From: Macrostomum lignano
Taxonomy: Eukaryota
Direction of reading: 5' to 3'
Assembly (NCBI GenBank): GCA_002269645.1
Contig: NIVC01001192.1
Location: forward strand, 1 to 64,000
DNA length: 64,000 nt
Shown here: positions 13,101-25,100 of the stretch, piece after piece
How the letters are laid out: every line of letters begins with the position of its first letter
How positions within the stretch are numbered: the stretch's first letter is position 1
Program-made: the position numbers and the translations under genes
The notes under the pieces: model-generated
The model's input: the letters and a program-made list of their open reading frames with translations, nothing else
Told to the model about the DNA's origin: nothing
Databases searched by the model: none

Positions 13101-16100
13101 GCTAGACGACATGTACCTGCTGAACCAGCTCCCACTGCCGGTGAACTCCAATCCAGGACTCGTGTTCCCAAGCACATCGTTCGAGAGCGACAGGGAACAG
13201 CTGAGGTGCGTGACAGAGAAACGGAGGAACAGGCGGAAGGCAGGTGGACGCTAGTTTGAGATGCGTAGGAGGTCTGCATAGACTTTGGAAGTGTTGCAAG
13301 ACTGCGCGCCCCTTCTCATATCGGATTTCCTTCTACAGCAAGTTTAGTTTCTGTTCGTGGCCCACCCTTGCCCCGACGCTGAGACCTGCTAATGAGGGCG
13401 CAAGGTGGGCGAAGAGGGGAGAGACAGACAGGCGGGTGGACGGGCTGGCGGGGGGAGACCGATGAGGCGCGTGAGAATACTTTAACAGGAGCATCGTTTT
13501 GAGCATGCAATGTTGAGCGAAAGCTCGTTCGATTGGAATGAGAGAAGGGGAAAAACAAGCACAAAAACTCAAAACAGTCTTTCTGGTGACAGTGATTGAC
13601 GGGCCGGACTGGCGTCAACCATTCCAATCAAATCCGGGAAATTCAATCCGCGCAGCCTATCAACAATTTTCGGCAACTGATCAGCAATTTTTTTAGACAA
13701 AAAATCGATATTTTCAAATTATCTAGTTAGTTCTGAAAGTCAATATAGCTTTGCTAGTCAGCTGGGAGACAGAGAGCGAGAGCGCGAACTGAAGCTTTTG
13801 TAGCAGGACACGATCGCGTGCTCAAGGGGGAAAGGGGCTGCGCTAACCCGAAGCTCCGAGGCCAAAACCCTGAGCTGCCCTACTGAGTCCTCCTCCTCGA
13901 CCTCCGCCACCCGGAGCTCTCTTAAACTTTTCTGTGTCTCATCTTGTCGACTGCTCACCCGCCGCCCTCACCTGCCATCCCCACCCCCTGAGCCGCATCG
14001 ATACAGCCTGCTCGGCTCAGCATCGGAATCGATGCATGCAAATGAGGAGCTCGTTTAGGCCGTCCGGTGCGTCAACCCCCCAAGTTATACTGGAGAGAAG
14101 ACCGGAGAGAGACGCTGTGTATCGCAGATCGACTCGTATTCTGTGGCTGCTTCTTTTGCTTTTTTCTTCGTTTTCTTAGCTTCTTTTGATATGCGAGCGA
14201 CTTCTCCTCGTGCGGGCGGGGATGCTGGCGCGGTAATCACTGGGCAGGTAGTCAGCTTCAGGAGCAGAACGTCAAATTACAGACCAACCCTGCCGCTTGC
14301 ATCCATTTGTTTCCCTAAGTCTAAGCAAGAACGGACGAGACAACCTGTCTTACCCCTGATTGTATGTTCGTATGGTTGAAACTGGCGCTACAGTTGTACA
14401 TTTCTTACCTATAATGTGAGACTTTCTAGAAATTTTGTGAGACTTGAGACTTTTTGTCCATCGCAGTGCAAATGCATTTTTTAAAACTTAAAAAGGCTCG
14501 GATCGCACTAGAAAAATAAGTGCTTTCTCATCCAGACCTGACTAATCGTGCAGATGCTCTAAACTAGGACGTTTCGGAATGACTAATCTTTTGGACATTT
14601 GTCAAAGTTACTGCAGATCCAAAGCAATCAGTCCACGGTTGTGAGATAATTAATCCATTGATACCTGTAGGTTGAGTCAGTGTGAATGTGTCCAAATACA
14701 TTCATTTGGGCCTACGCGCATTGAATTTAATCCAAGATACGTTTGCCAATGTAACGGAGCTTTTGTCTATGGTAGCAAGGCTGCCACAGCGGCAGTTGAT
14801 TTGGTCCAACAAGCATCAATTTGGTCCATAGCTTCATTTGCAACTGCTGCGGAGGAGCAAGATCAGCCCCCCCCCCCAGAATTGTGGACCATGTGCTGGG
14901 CTGTCGAACGAATGCCATTGGCTTGTGATCGAAGCGCTCAACAGAGGTGAACACCCAAAGGACATTGAAAGTTTGCTGAATGTAAAATAAAAGATGGTTG
15001 ACAGCATCCATCAGCGCGTTGAAACAACTTCCGGCAGAGATCGCCTGCGAAAGTTTGGCAATCGCCAAGGCAAGTTGGACTCGATGCAGTTGAGACGAAC
15101 CCTCTGTTAAAGTTGCAGAAATTGCAGCAGAAGTTGAAGGAACAGCTCCAGTTGGTTATCAGACTTCGACTATGAGCAGAGCTCTGGAAAAGCGACTGAA
15201 AATTGCTGGTAGAGATGCTGACATTCCAGCGGTACGCAACAACCTGCAGGCGGTTGCGAGAAAGCAAGAGTTTGCCGAATGGCTCACAAGCATTTGGACC
15301 AAATTGATGCTTGTTGGACCAAATTAAATGCCACTGTGCCAGCCTTGCTACCATAGACAAAAGCTCCGTTACACTGGCAAAGATCTTAGATCTCTTGGCA
15401 AAGAGCATACAGTGTAGATCTTATATTATAGAATATATAGAATTATACTTATAGAATATAAAATCTATGCAAACGTATCTTATCTAAAATCTATGCTAAA
15501 TCAAATCGCGTAAGCCCGAATAGGGCGCAAAAAGCCATATTATAGAATAATATGCAGATTTTTTGCCTTGCTAACTGCAACACTCGTGTAGAGCATAAAA
15601 GCTGCTCAGCGCCCGATAAACCTCGCAATAATAAGCAAAACTCAGAAAGCCACGCAACCGCAAAACTCGTGTCAAAATGCAACATTAGCGAACGAAAAAA
15701 ACTACAATTTGCACACTAGTCTGTAACTAATAAGTAATGCTCGAGTTCTCCGGGACCCTGAGAGACTGAGAGAGCGGACCACAGAGCAAGACGTAGGAAT
15801 GTCGTTCCTGCTCGGCTTGGCCCGGAATTAAATGCAAATGAAGTGGAACACCGGGGCAGCGGCTCCCGAGCTTCTCCCTCGGTGCACGGACCGATAATTG
15901 ACCGTCGCGTTTCTCTGCCTGCCGCTATCGAGGCGCTGAAGAGAAAAAATAGCTGGGAGTCTGGGGCTGCGGCAGCCAAGCCTCTCCCTCTGCCGCCCCA
16001 CCAACCGTCCCGAGTTGCTTTTGCTGCGTGGAAAGAAATATCCCGGAGGTGGCAACCAAGTTTGCTGCGTGCCTGGCTTGCACTTCACTGCTCTTATGCT

Positions 16101-19100
16101 TGCCTGGCCCACCAAATCCCCGAGACCACATGACCATGGAGCCAAATCTTGCTGACCAGTTCGAGCTACTGACTGCTTTATTCTGTGATTGATCAGGCTG
16201 ACTGGCTGGGTAGTGCCTTTTTGTTTGTCTCCTAAGAGACAGAGAGAGAGAGCTCACTAACTCTACTTCAGACTAATTTTCTTTCCTGGACTGTAGAATT
16301 GTCTGCCTGTCTTCGTGCGTTTGTCGCCATGTTCGTCTGTCTTAGTGTCTGTCTTAGTGCCTGCCTTTGTGTCTGTTTTAGTGTCTGTCTTAGTGTCTGT
16401 CTGTCTTAGTGTCTGTCCTAGTGTCTGTCTGTCTGTCTTAGCGTCTGTCTTAGTGTCTGTCCTAGTGTCTGTCTGTCTGTCTTAGTGTCTGTCTTAGTGT
16501 CTGTCTTAGCGTCTGTCTTAGTGTCTGTTTTAGTGTCTGCCTTAGTGTCTGTCTTAGTGTCTGTCTTAGTGTCTGTCTTAGTGTCTGTCTTAGTGTCTGT
16601 CTTAGTGTCTGTCTTAGTGTCTGTCTGTCTGTCTTAGTGTCTATCCTAGTGTCTGTCTGTCTGTCTTAGTGTCTGTCTTAGTGTCTGTTTTAGTGTCTGC
16701 CTTAGTGTCTGTCTTAGTGTCTGTCTGTCTGTCTTAGTGTCTGTCCTAGTGTCTGTCTGTCTGTCTTAGTGTCTGTCTTAGTGTCTGTCTTAGCGTCTGT
16801 CTTGGTGTCTGTTTTAGTGTCTGCCTTAGTGTCTGCCTTAGTGTCTGTCTTAGTGTCTGTCTGTCTGTCTTAGTGTCTGTCCTAGTGTCTGTCTGTCTGT
16901 CTTAGTGTCTGTCTTAGTGTCTGTCTTAGCGTCTGTCTTAGTGTCTGTCTTTGTGTCTGTCTTAGTGTCTGTCTGTCTGTCTTAGTGTCTGTCTTAGTGT
17001 CTGTCTGTCTGTCTGTCTATCTATCTGTCCGTGTGTCTGTCTGCAGCAGCGACTGCCCAGCGGACAACTACCTGTATGTAACATTTGATTCCAGTTTCCC
17101 AATGAAGCACAGTTTCCCAAATTCTTCTCAAAGAAGTGGAAAAATCATACGTCTAGAGAGATTAAACACTGTATCAAACGGTTCTTGGAACAAGCTAGCA
17201 CCCATCTCGAAATCCCAAAATCTCAAAGTTTCAAGCTTCAAGCCATCCCTAGTCAGAAAGTTTTTGCCAGAAAAACTGCTGCATCAATTCCCAGAGATTC
17301 AGACAGGCTCGAATTTCAAAAAGTGATGAAGCTGCCCGAACAGCTGCATAATGCATGCCTGCTTCAGATAGCATATGAATAGAGTGATTGGAAATTTGAA
17401 GGAGGCTGTGTGGATTTCAGGTTCCTGGTGCTCGATATACTATATCGATTTAAGTATTGCAGATTAGGCAAAAATAGACCAGTTATTATAACGAGAACAA
17501 CAAGTCCTTCTAATTTTTGTCATTTCAGATTTGCCGCTCAACTCATCGTTGCAATTTTCGACTACAAAACTATTTTAGACGAGTAAGGCTGTTATGAATA
17601 TGGACTGTTTTCTAGCTAAGTGCTTGAGCAGCTAATGTTTGTGGTCGATTTTTTGGATTCTGGTTCTCTTTCCATCAAATATCTGATTGGTCACTCCCTT
17701 TGGCCTCAGTTAGCCCTTTCAGTCACTCCTATCTTCAGTCACTCCCGTCTTCAGTCACTCCCGTCTTCAGTCACTCCCGTCTTCAGTCACTCCCGTCTTC
17801 AGTCACTCCCGTCTTCAGTCACTCCCGTCTTCAGTCACTCCCGTCTTCAGTTACTCCCGTCTTCAATCACTCCTGTCTTCAGTCACTACCGTCTTCAGTC
17901 ACTCCCATTTTTAGTCACTCCTGTCCTCAATCAATCTCGTCTTCAGTCACTTCCGTCTTCTATGACTCTTATCTTTAGGCAACCCGTCTTCAGTCACTCC
18001 CATCTTCAGTCACTCCTACCTCAGTCACTCCCATCTTCAGTCACTCCCATCTTCAGTCACTCCCATCTTCAGTCACTCCTACCTCAGTCACTCCCATCTT
18101 CAGTCACTCCCATCTTCAGTCACTCCTACCTCAGTCACTCCCATCTTCAGTCACTCCCATCTTCAGTCGCTACTACCTCAGTCACTCCCGTCTTCAGTCA
18201 CTCCCATCTTCAGTCGCTCCTACCTCAGTCACTCCTATCTTCAGTCGCTCCTACCTCAGTCACTCCCATCTTCAGTCGCTCCTACCTCAGTCACTCCCAT
18301 CTTCAGTCGCTCCTACCTCAGTCACTCCCATCTTCAGTCACTCCCATCTTCAGTCACTCCTACCTCAGTCACTCCCATCTTCAGTCACTCCTACCTCAGT
18401 CACTCCCATCTTCAGTCGCTCCTTCCTCAGTCACTCCCATCTTCAGTCGCTCCTTCCTCAGTCACTCCCATCTTCAGTCGCTCCTACCTCAGTCACTCAG
18501 TGTCACTCACCGCCACCGAATCCGCGCAGGCGCAAGCTGCCAGTGGAGCGAGTCCGGCACCACAAGAAGGGCCAGCCGCTGTGCATGGAGCAATACTACC
18601 GGCTGTTCTCCTCTTATCGCCGTCCGGGAGTCGCCAAAGACGAACAGGTGCTGAATTTGGACCGAGATCCGTTTGATCCTGAGTACGTCATTGTTGCCTG
18701 CAATGATCAGGTGAGAGATCAGCTATAACATAAAACTGACAACATAAAACAGTTTCGTATATTTAAGAGAAAAAACGATAACTTTAAACGATCAGGAATT
18801 GTGTTGTATAAAATATACTTTAGTACCTGGGATATCGTAACTTATCGAACTTCTGCCAGCAAAATATTCGAAATTAACTTTTTGGATTTAAAGCGCTATA
18901 GCTATGATTCACTAACAGCAGCAATAACAGCAGCAATAACAGCAGCAATAACAGCAGCAACAACAGCAGCAACAACAGCAACAACAGCAGCAATAACAGC
19001 AGCAATAACAGCAGCAACAACAGCAGCAACAACAGCAGCAATAACAGCAGCAACAACAGCAGCAACACAGCAACAACAGCAGCAATAACAGCAGCAACAA

Positions 19101-22100
19101 CAGCAGCAATAACAGCAGCATTTACAGCAGCAACAACAGCACAACAGCAGCAGGCTGGAGGAAGAAGACAGAAGCGGGCATTGCGGAGTGCAAGATTCAG
19201 AATATGACCTTTGAGGACGAAGTGCCACCGCAACACCTTGGCAACCGCGTGGGAGGGATGCTATTAAGATCGATGGAGTGAGGGAAATGCTGCCGGAGGA
19301 CAATTGGAGGAAAGGACTTTACAGCATCATGGAACAGTGACCGATGGACCGGATACTATACACGGAAGGATCGGTGGTAGAGGACAAAGGAGGCAGCAGT
19401 GGAGTGGTGGTGTGCCAACGACCCGGAGAGGGTCGGTAAAGTTGAGGCGACCATCCACCAAGCTGCGGGTACGCCCTGCTCATCTACGCAAGCGGAGATC
19501 TATGCGGTCATCGCTGGCCTGAACTGGCTTGATGAACACGCTGGCAAAGGAGGACGCGTCATGATCATCAGTGACAGCCAGAGCTGCCTGCAAGCTATTA
19601 AAGGACTGAGCAAAACCCGTTGGCTATCAGAGCAAGGAAAATGCTGAGGAAGCTGGAGGAGGAAGAGATGGTGGTGAAGTTGATATGGGTGCCCGCGCAC
19701 TGCGGTCTTGCAGGAAATGAACTGGCGGATGATGCGGCGAAAGTGGCGTCGACTAGGGCCCAGGGTGGCATCAGAGTGCCAGCCAGCAGCAGCAAAAAAT
19801 TCATCCAGAGCAAACTAGGCAGAGACGATGACAGATCGAACAGGAGGAGCAAGGAGACGTACGGCGAGCAGGGAGTGGCGCTCCAACCGACGGGACTTAG
19901 TAAGGAGGAAGCGGTCGATTTCAGACGCTTCAGGAGTGGCCATGGATCTGGCGGCACACAGAAAACGGGTGGGCAAGCAAGAAGAAGGGTGGTGCACTAG
20001 GTGCGGCACGGCGGAGGAGACGATTGAACACGTTATGGACTGTCTCGTCACGCGCAGCCTGAGGGAGAAGCTGGATCTGCACGGGCTGAGAGATCCGAGC
20101 AGAAGGCCGGGGAACGCGGCTGTGTTCTGGAAGAGGTTCCGTGAGGAAGGACGTCACTAGCGGCTCGGTATCTAGGCACACACACAACAGCAGCAATAAC
20201 AGTAGCAATAACAGCAGCAATAACAGCAGCAACAACAGCAACAATAACAGCAGCAATAACAGCAGCAACAACAGCAACAATAACAGCAGCAATAACAGCA
20301 GCAATGACAACAATAACAGCAGCAATAACAACAGCAATAACAGCTGCAACAACAGCAACAATAAACAAGAGAGTCCACTTTATTGCTACGACACGACAAT
20401 GGCGTCGCGAGCAGACGACCTGCCGCTGAACGACCCCGCAATGACGGAAGCTTGGCTACGAAGCTTGGCTGCTCTCAGCCGCAGCAAAAATCTCACGGAC
20501 ACCGCAGAAAATCGGCAGGTCACTGACCTCTTCCTAGCGAAAGCCGGCGTGAATGCAGTGCGGATCGTCAGTGTCATGGCAAAGCCTAAGGAGCTGGAGG
20601 AGATGGACTTCGCAGATATCAGAAAATTGATCATCGAAAAGACTCTCCCGAAGAAGAAGCTCGTCATCGCTGAACGATCGAAGTTCATGTCGATGCGCCA
20701 GGAGCCGACTGAGTCAGTGCAGGCCTTCGCACAGAGACTCTGGGATGCCGCCCGCTTCTGCGAGTTCGACCAGTTGAATGCGGAGGACAGCCACCAGACT
20801 GCCGAGGACGAGCTCATGCAGACGATGCTCATCAGCGGGCTGCACAACGCGCAGCACCGCAGCCGGATTCTGGAGCACATTCAGGGCTCATTGCAGCCGG
20901 TGGCTCTCGACAGCAGCGTCGAGTTTATCCAGCAACTCGAGTTGATCCAGCAGTACGGCGGCGCGGACAGTCATAACAGCAGCAACAACAGCAGCAATAC
21001 CAGCAGCAATACCAGCAGCAAAAACAGCAGCAATAAGCAGCAATAACAACAGAAATAATAGGCATGCATCCTGTCTCGGCATTGCTACAGTCAGCAGGTA
21101 AAACATTCTTGTTTCTACGCAAGATTCAACAAAGGGTTCAGCTGCAGTGTCGGCTGCACAGTCTCACGTACTTTTTGAGACAATATAGAAGACAATTGAG
21201 ACTATTTACTGTTTCCACAGGCCAGCTGACTGGGCCTATAGACTATTCTTCAGCGTTCACTCGAATCAACAGAGACCAATATATTATCGTTTCATTGGAA
21301 ATTACTTTTTCTTTCCAATCTCTACTCGATTGCATCACTTTGATAGGGAATACAGGTATTTAGGCACAACATGCACCCGCCTTTATCTGCATGCTTTTTT
21401 TGCTTATCATATAGCTCCTGTTTTGTGGCACTTTTTTGATGGGAATCGAGTACGCAAGGTCCATTGATTAAGAGCGTATATTCTGTCAACGAGAATTATC
21501 CAGACCCTTTGTGGCTTGGAGGAAATGTAGAGACTCGCAATAAGACAAATAAGAGCAATGGAAGATTTTAGGTAGCCACATTTGGGAAGTGTAACACTTG
21601 TGCTGGTTAATTTATGAACTACATTTGGAAAGCTAAATTGGCCCCTAAATATATATTTTACACAATTATCCTTCAACTGCAAATACGAGGGCTGTCCCAA
21701 AAGTAGTTATACTTTTCACTATGGACCGTATGCAGAAAGCTCTGTCTAGGGTAGTCCGGTCTTGAAAAGCTAGTCTGGACTTGGATTTGGTATGCAGAAA
21801 CACAAAGTTAGAACGGTCTACTATAGACATAACTAAGGTAGTTAGACCATAGACTATAGACTGAACTACCCAAGTCCGGACTAGCTAGTCTGGACTAAGC
21901 TTTCTGCATACGGCCGTTTATCTCTTGTTCTGCTGATCCAAATATTATAGCTTTTTGCAGCCCATTTGGGCTTACGCGCATTGGAGTTAATCCAAGATAC
22001 GTTTGCCAATGTAACGGAGCTTTTGTCCATGGTAGCAAGGCTGCCACAGCGGCATTTGATTTGATCCAACAAGCATCAATTCGGTCCATAGCTTCATTTG

Positions 22101-25100
22101 CAACTGCTGCGGAGGAGCAAGATCAGCCCCAGCATTGTGGACCATGTGCTGGGCTGTCGAACCATTGGCTTGTGATCGAAGCACTCGACAGAGGTGAACA
22201 CCAAAAAAACATTGCGAGGCTGCAGAAAAGATGGTTTACAGCATCCATCAGCGCGTTGAAACCACTGCCGACAGAGGTCGCCTGCGAAAGGGTGGCAATC
22301 GCCAAGGTAAGTTGCTCGAGAGGCTCAGATCCAACTGCTACTCGATGCAGTTGAGACGAACCCTCTGTTGAAGTTGCAGAAAATGCAGCAGAAGTTGAAG
22401 GAACAGTTCCAGTTGGTTATCAGACTTCGACTATGAGCAGAGCTCTGGAAAAGCGACTGAAAATTGTTGGAGAGACGCTGACATTCCAGCGGTACGGAAC
22501 AACCTGCAGGCGGTTGCGAGAAGGCAAGAGTTTGCCGAATGGCTCACGAGTGTTTGGACCAAATGGATGCTTGTTGGACCAAATTGATGCTTGTTGGACC
22601 AAATTGATGCTTGTTGGACCAAATTGATGCTTGTTGGACCAAATTGATGCTTGTTGGACCAAATTGATGCTTGTTGGACCAAATTGATGCTTGTTGGACC
22701 AAATTGATGCTTGTTGGACCAAATTGATGCTTGTTGGACCAAATTGATGCTTGTTGGACCAAATTGATGCTTGTTGGACCAAATTGATGCTTGTTGAACC
22801 AAATTGATGCTTGTTGGACCAAATTGATGCTTGTTTGCCCATAGCAAAGAAAACACCACAGACATACATAGCAAGATCAAAGAATGGCCCAGCGTGGACC
22901 TTATTTATAATAGGATTTCAGCGAAGGACCGGCAGCGATTGATTCAAGCATATCAGGATGGAGAGGACTGGCAAGATTTCGGTAGGCTGTTGGGCATCTC
23001 ACGAAGAACCGTGACTTACATAGTTGGACAATTCAACGCAACCGGTCGTATAGAGCCTCTGCCTCGCGGAGATGCCAAGCGGAGGTCACTTAACAATGCT
23101 ATGATTGAGAGCATTTGTGCCTACGTCTACCAATATAAACTCGCTGTTTATTGTTCACTGTTACAGTTTATTTCGTCACACTTCCGAATTGATTCTCGAT
23201 AAAAATTCTTCTTGGCTTGCCATGGGCAAACTAGGTCGCAGTTTTGACAAAACTGATGGCAGTTTTCAAAGAGTTGTCTGTGGCTGAAACTCTGGTCATG
23301 ACTGAGCAGACTTGGCCTAGACAGCAAAATTATAAGTGATATTTTTCCGCGGGCAAAATTGATTGCAGTTTTGGCAAACTAGATCGCAAAAAGGTATATT
23401 ATCTTTAACATCATTTAAAACAGACAATAAAAACACAAGTTATAAACTTTTGGTCATGGTTGGTAGTTGTTCCTTGATTGACTAAATTTGCAGTTCTACG
23501 TGCTCGACGCCATGTTCGGCTGCAACGACCTGCTGACCGAGGAGGCCATCTACGGTCAGCTGAGGCGCATCGTCAAGGACGCCGGCGAGTGCGCCGCGGA
23601 GTCGGCGAACCGGCCGCCTCCCAGGCTCGGCGTGCTCACCTCGATGCAGCGGGACCTGTGGGCCAGGGCCAGGGAGCACCTTGCACAAAGTGAGCAATAC
23701 TGGTTCTCGATCTACTGAATTGGCCTAAATTTACATGCCACTTTCTACCCGAGGGAGCGCTGAGAAACCAGAATTTAATGGATGCAAGGTGTTTTCCATG
23801 ACAGATTAAAACAAATTGTCAAGCGCCTCATTTCTAAACAGAATCCCAGTATCCTTGAACTGGTGATTGAAGACGCTGTCGTCTTCAAAGGTGGGACGAT
23901 GGCTATTGTGCTCTTGTCTTCTATGGCCCAAATTAAGAAATAACTAAGAAGCTATATTTAGTTATACCTCCCTAACTCGCAACCCCGCCTCCCTCGACTT
24001 TGTTGTAGGGTAGGGGTTGTCAAATGTGGGCCGTGGGGGCTCGCCGCCCCCACACCCCCCACTCCGCCCACCCCCTCCCCTCAACTTTGTTGGGTAGGGG
24101 TTATCAAATGTGCCCACACCCCCGATCCGCCAAACCCCTCCCCTCAACTGTGTTGGGTAGGGGTTATCAAATGTGGGGGGCTCGCCGCCCCCACACCCCC
24201 CACTCCGCCCACCCCCTCCCCTCAACTTTGTTGGATAGGGGTTGTCAAATGTGTCCACACCCCCCGATCCGCCAAACCCCTCCCCTCAACTGTGTTGGGT
24301 AGGGGTTATCAAATGTGGGGGGCTAGCCGCCCCCACACCCCCGCTCCGCCTCCATCCAACCCACTCACCCCCGCCTCAACTTGGCCCACCTGTACACACA
24401 TCTTCGTAGTATGTTGAGCATCGAGGCGACCCGAAGCCACATACTTGCCGATATGTATCGAAAAAATACATAGGAAAGGTATTTTTTTCATTTCACTAAC
24501 GATAATCTCTAACGCACTTTGAGATTCAGTGCACTCTTGAAAAATCGAAAAAATAGAATTTCATTTTAAAAAAACTTCGTCCACTTGGGATTCGAACCTT
24601 CGAACACGCAATTGCAAGGCAACTGACTTTTCCACTAAGCCACCACTAGCTTATAAACAAATCCTACACTAGACGCATTTTATATCGATGATTGCCAATA
24701 GCCCTGGTTGTAGGACGATGTCACTGAGGGTGCTCAAAGCTCTAGTGCGGTAATCGCTTCATACAAGAGAAGCTTCTAAAATCCCATATACAAGCACACC
24801 AAAAAGAAATGTATATTGCTTCTACTACGCTCCGAAATGCAGTATTAGTTAAACTGGTGTTGAGACAAGTGTTCTCAATTAACCGCATGAAATTTTCTAC
24901 TCACGCAACGCTAAGTAAATTAAAATCCTCAACCGACGCCTTGAAATATTTAGTCAGCTAATTAATAATTAATGAGCTTCGTGTCTGTGCTGTGTGGTAA
25001 TCGTGAACTGGTGGAACGGTTTGGCGGGTTTGCCAAGAGCTATGAGTTCCAACGTAGCTTGTAAAACTTAAACCATAGCTACCTGCCAGGTTGGTAGAGA

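Noticed and set aside
21684-21703. TACGAGGGCTGTCCCAAAAG as a mariner terminus
   Set aside because: No matching opposite end was found, so it cannot be supported as an element.
24582-24646. Functional tRNA gene (also considered at 60276)
   Set aside because: The anticodon arm and acceptor stem do not fold canonically; treated as SINE heads.
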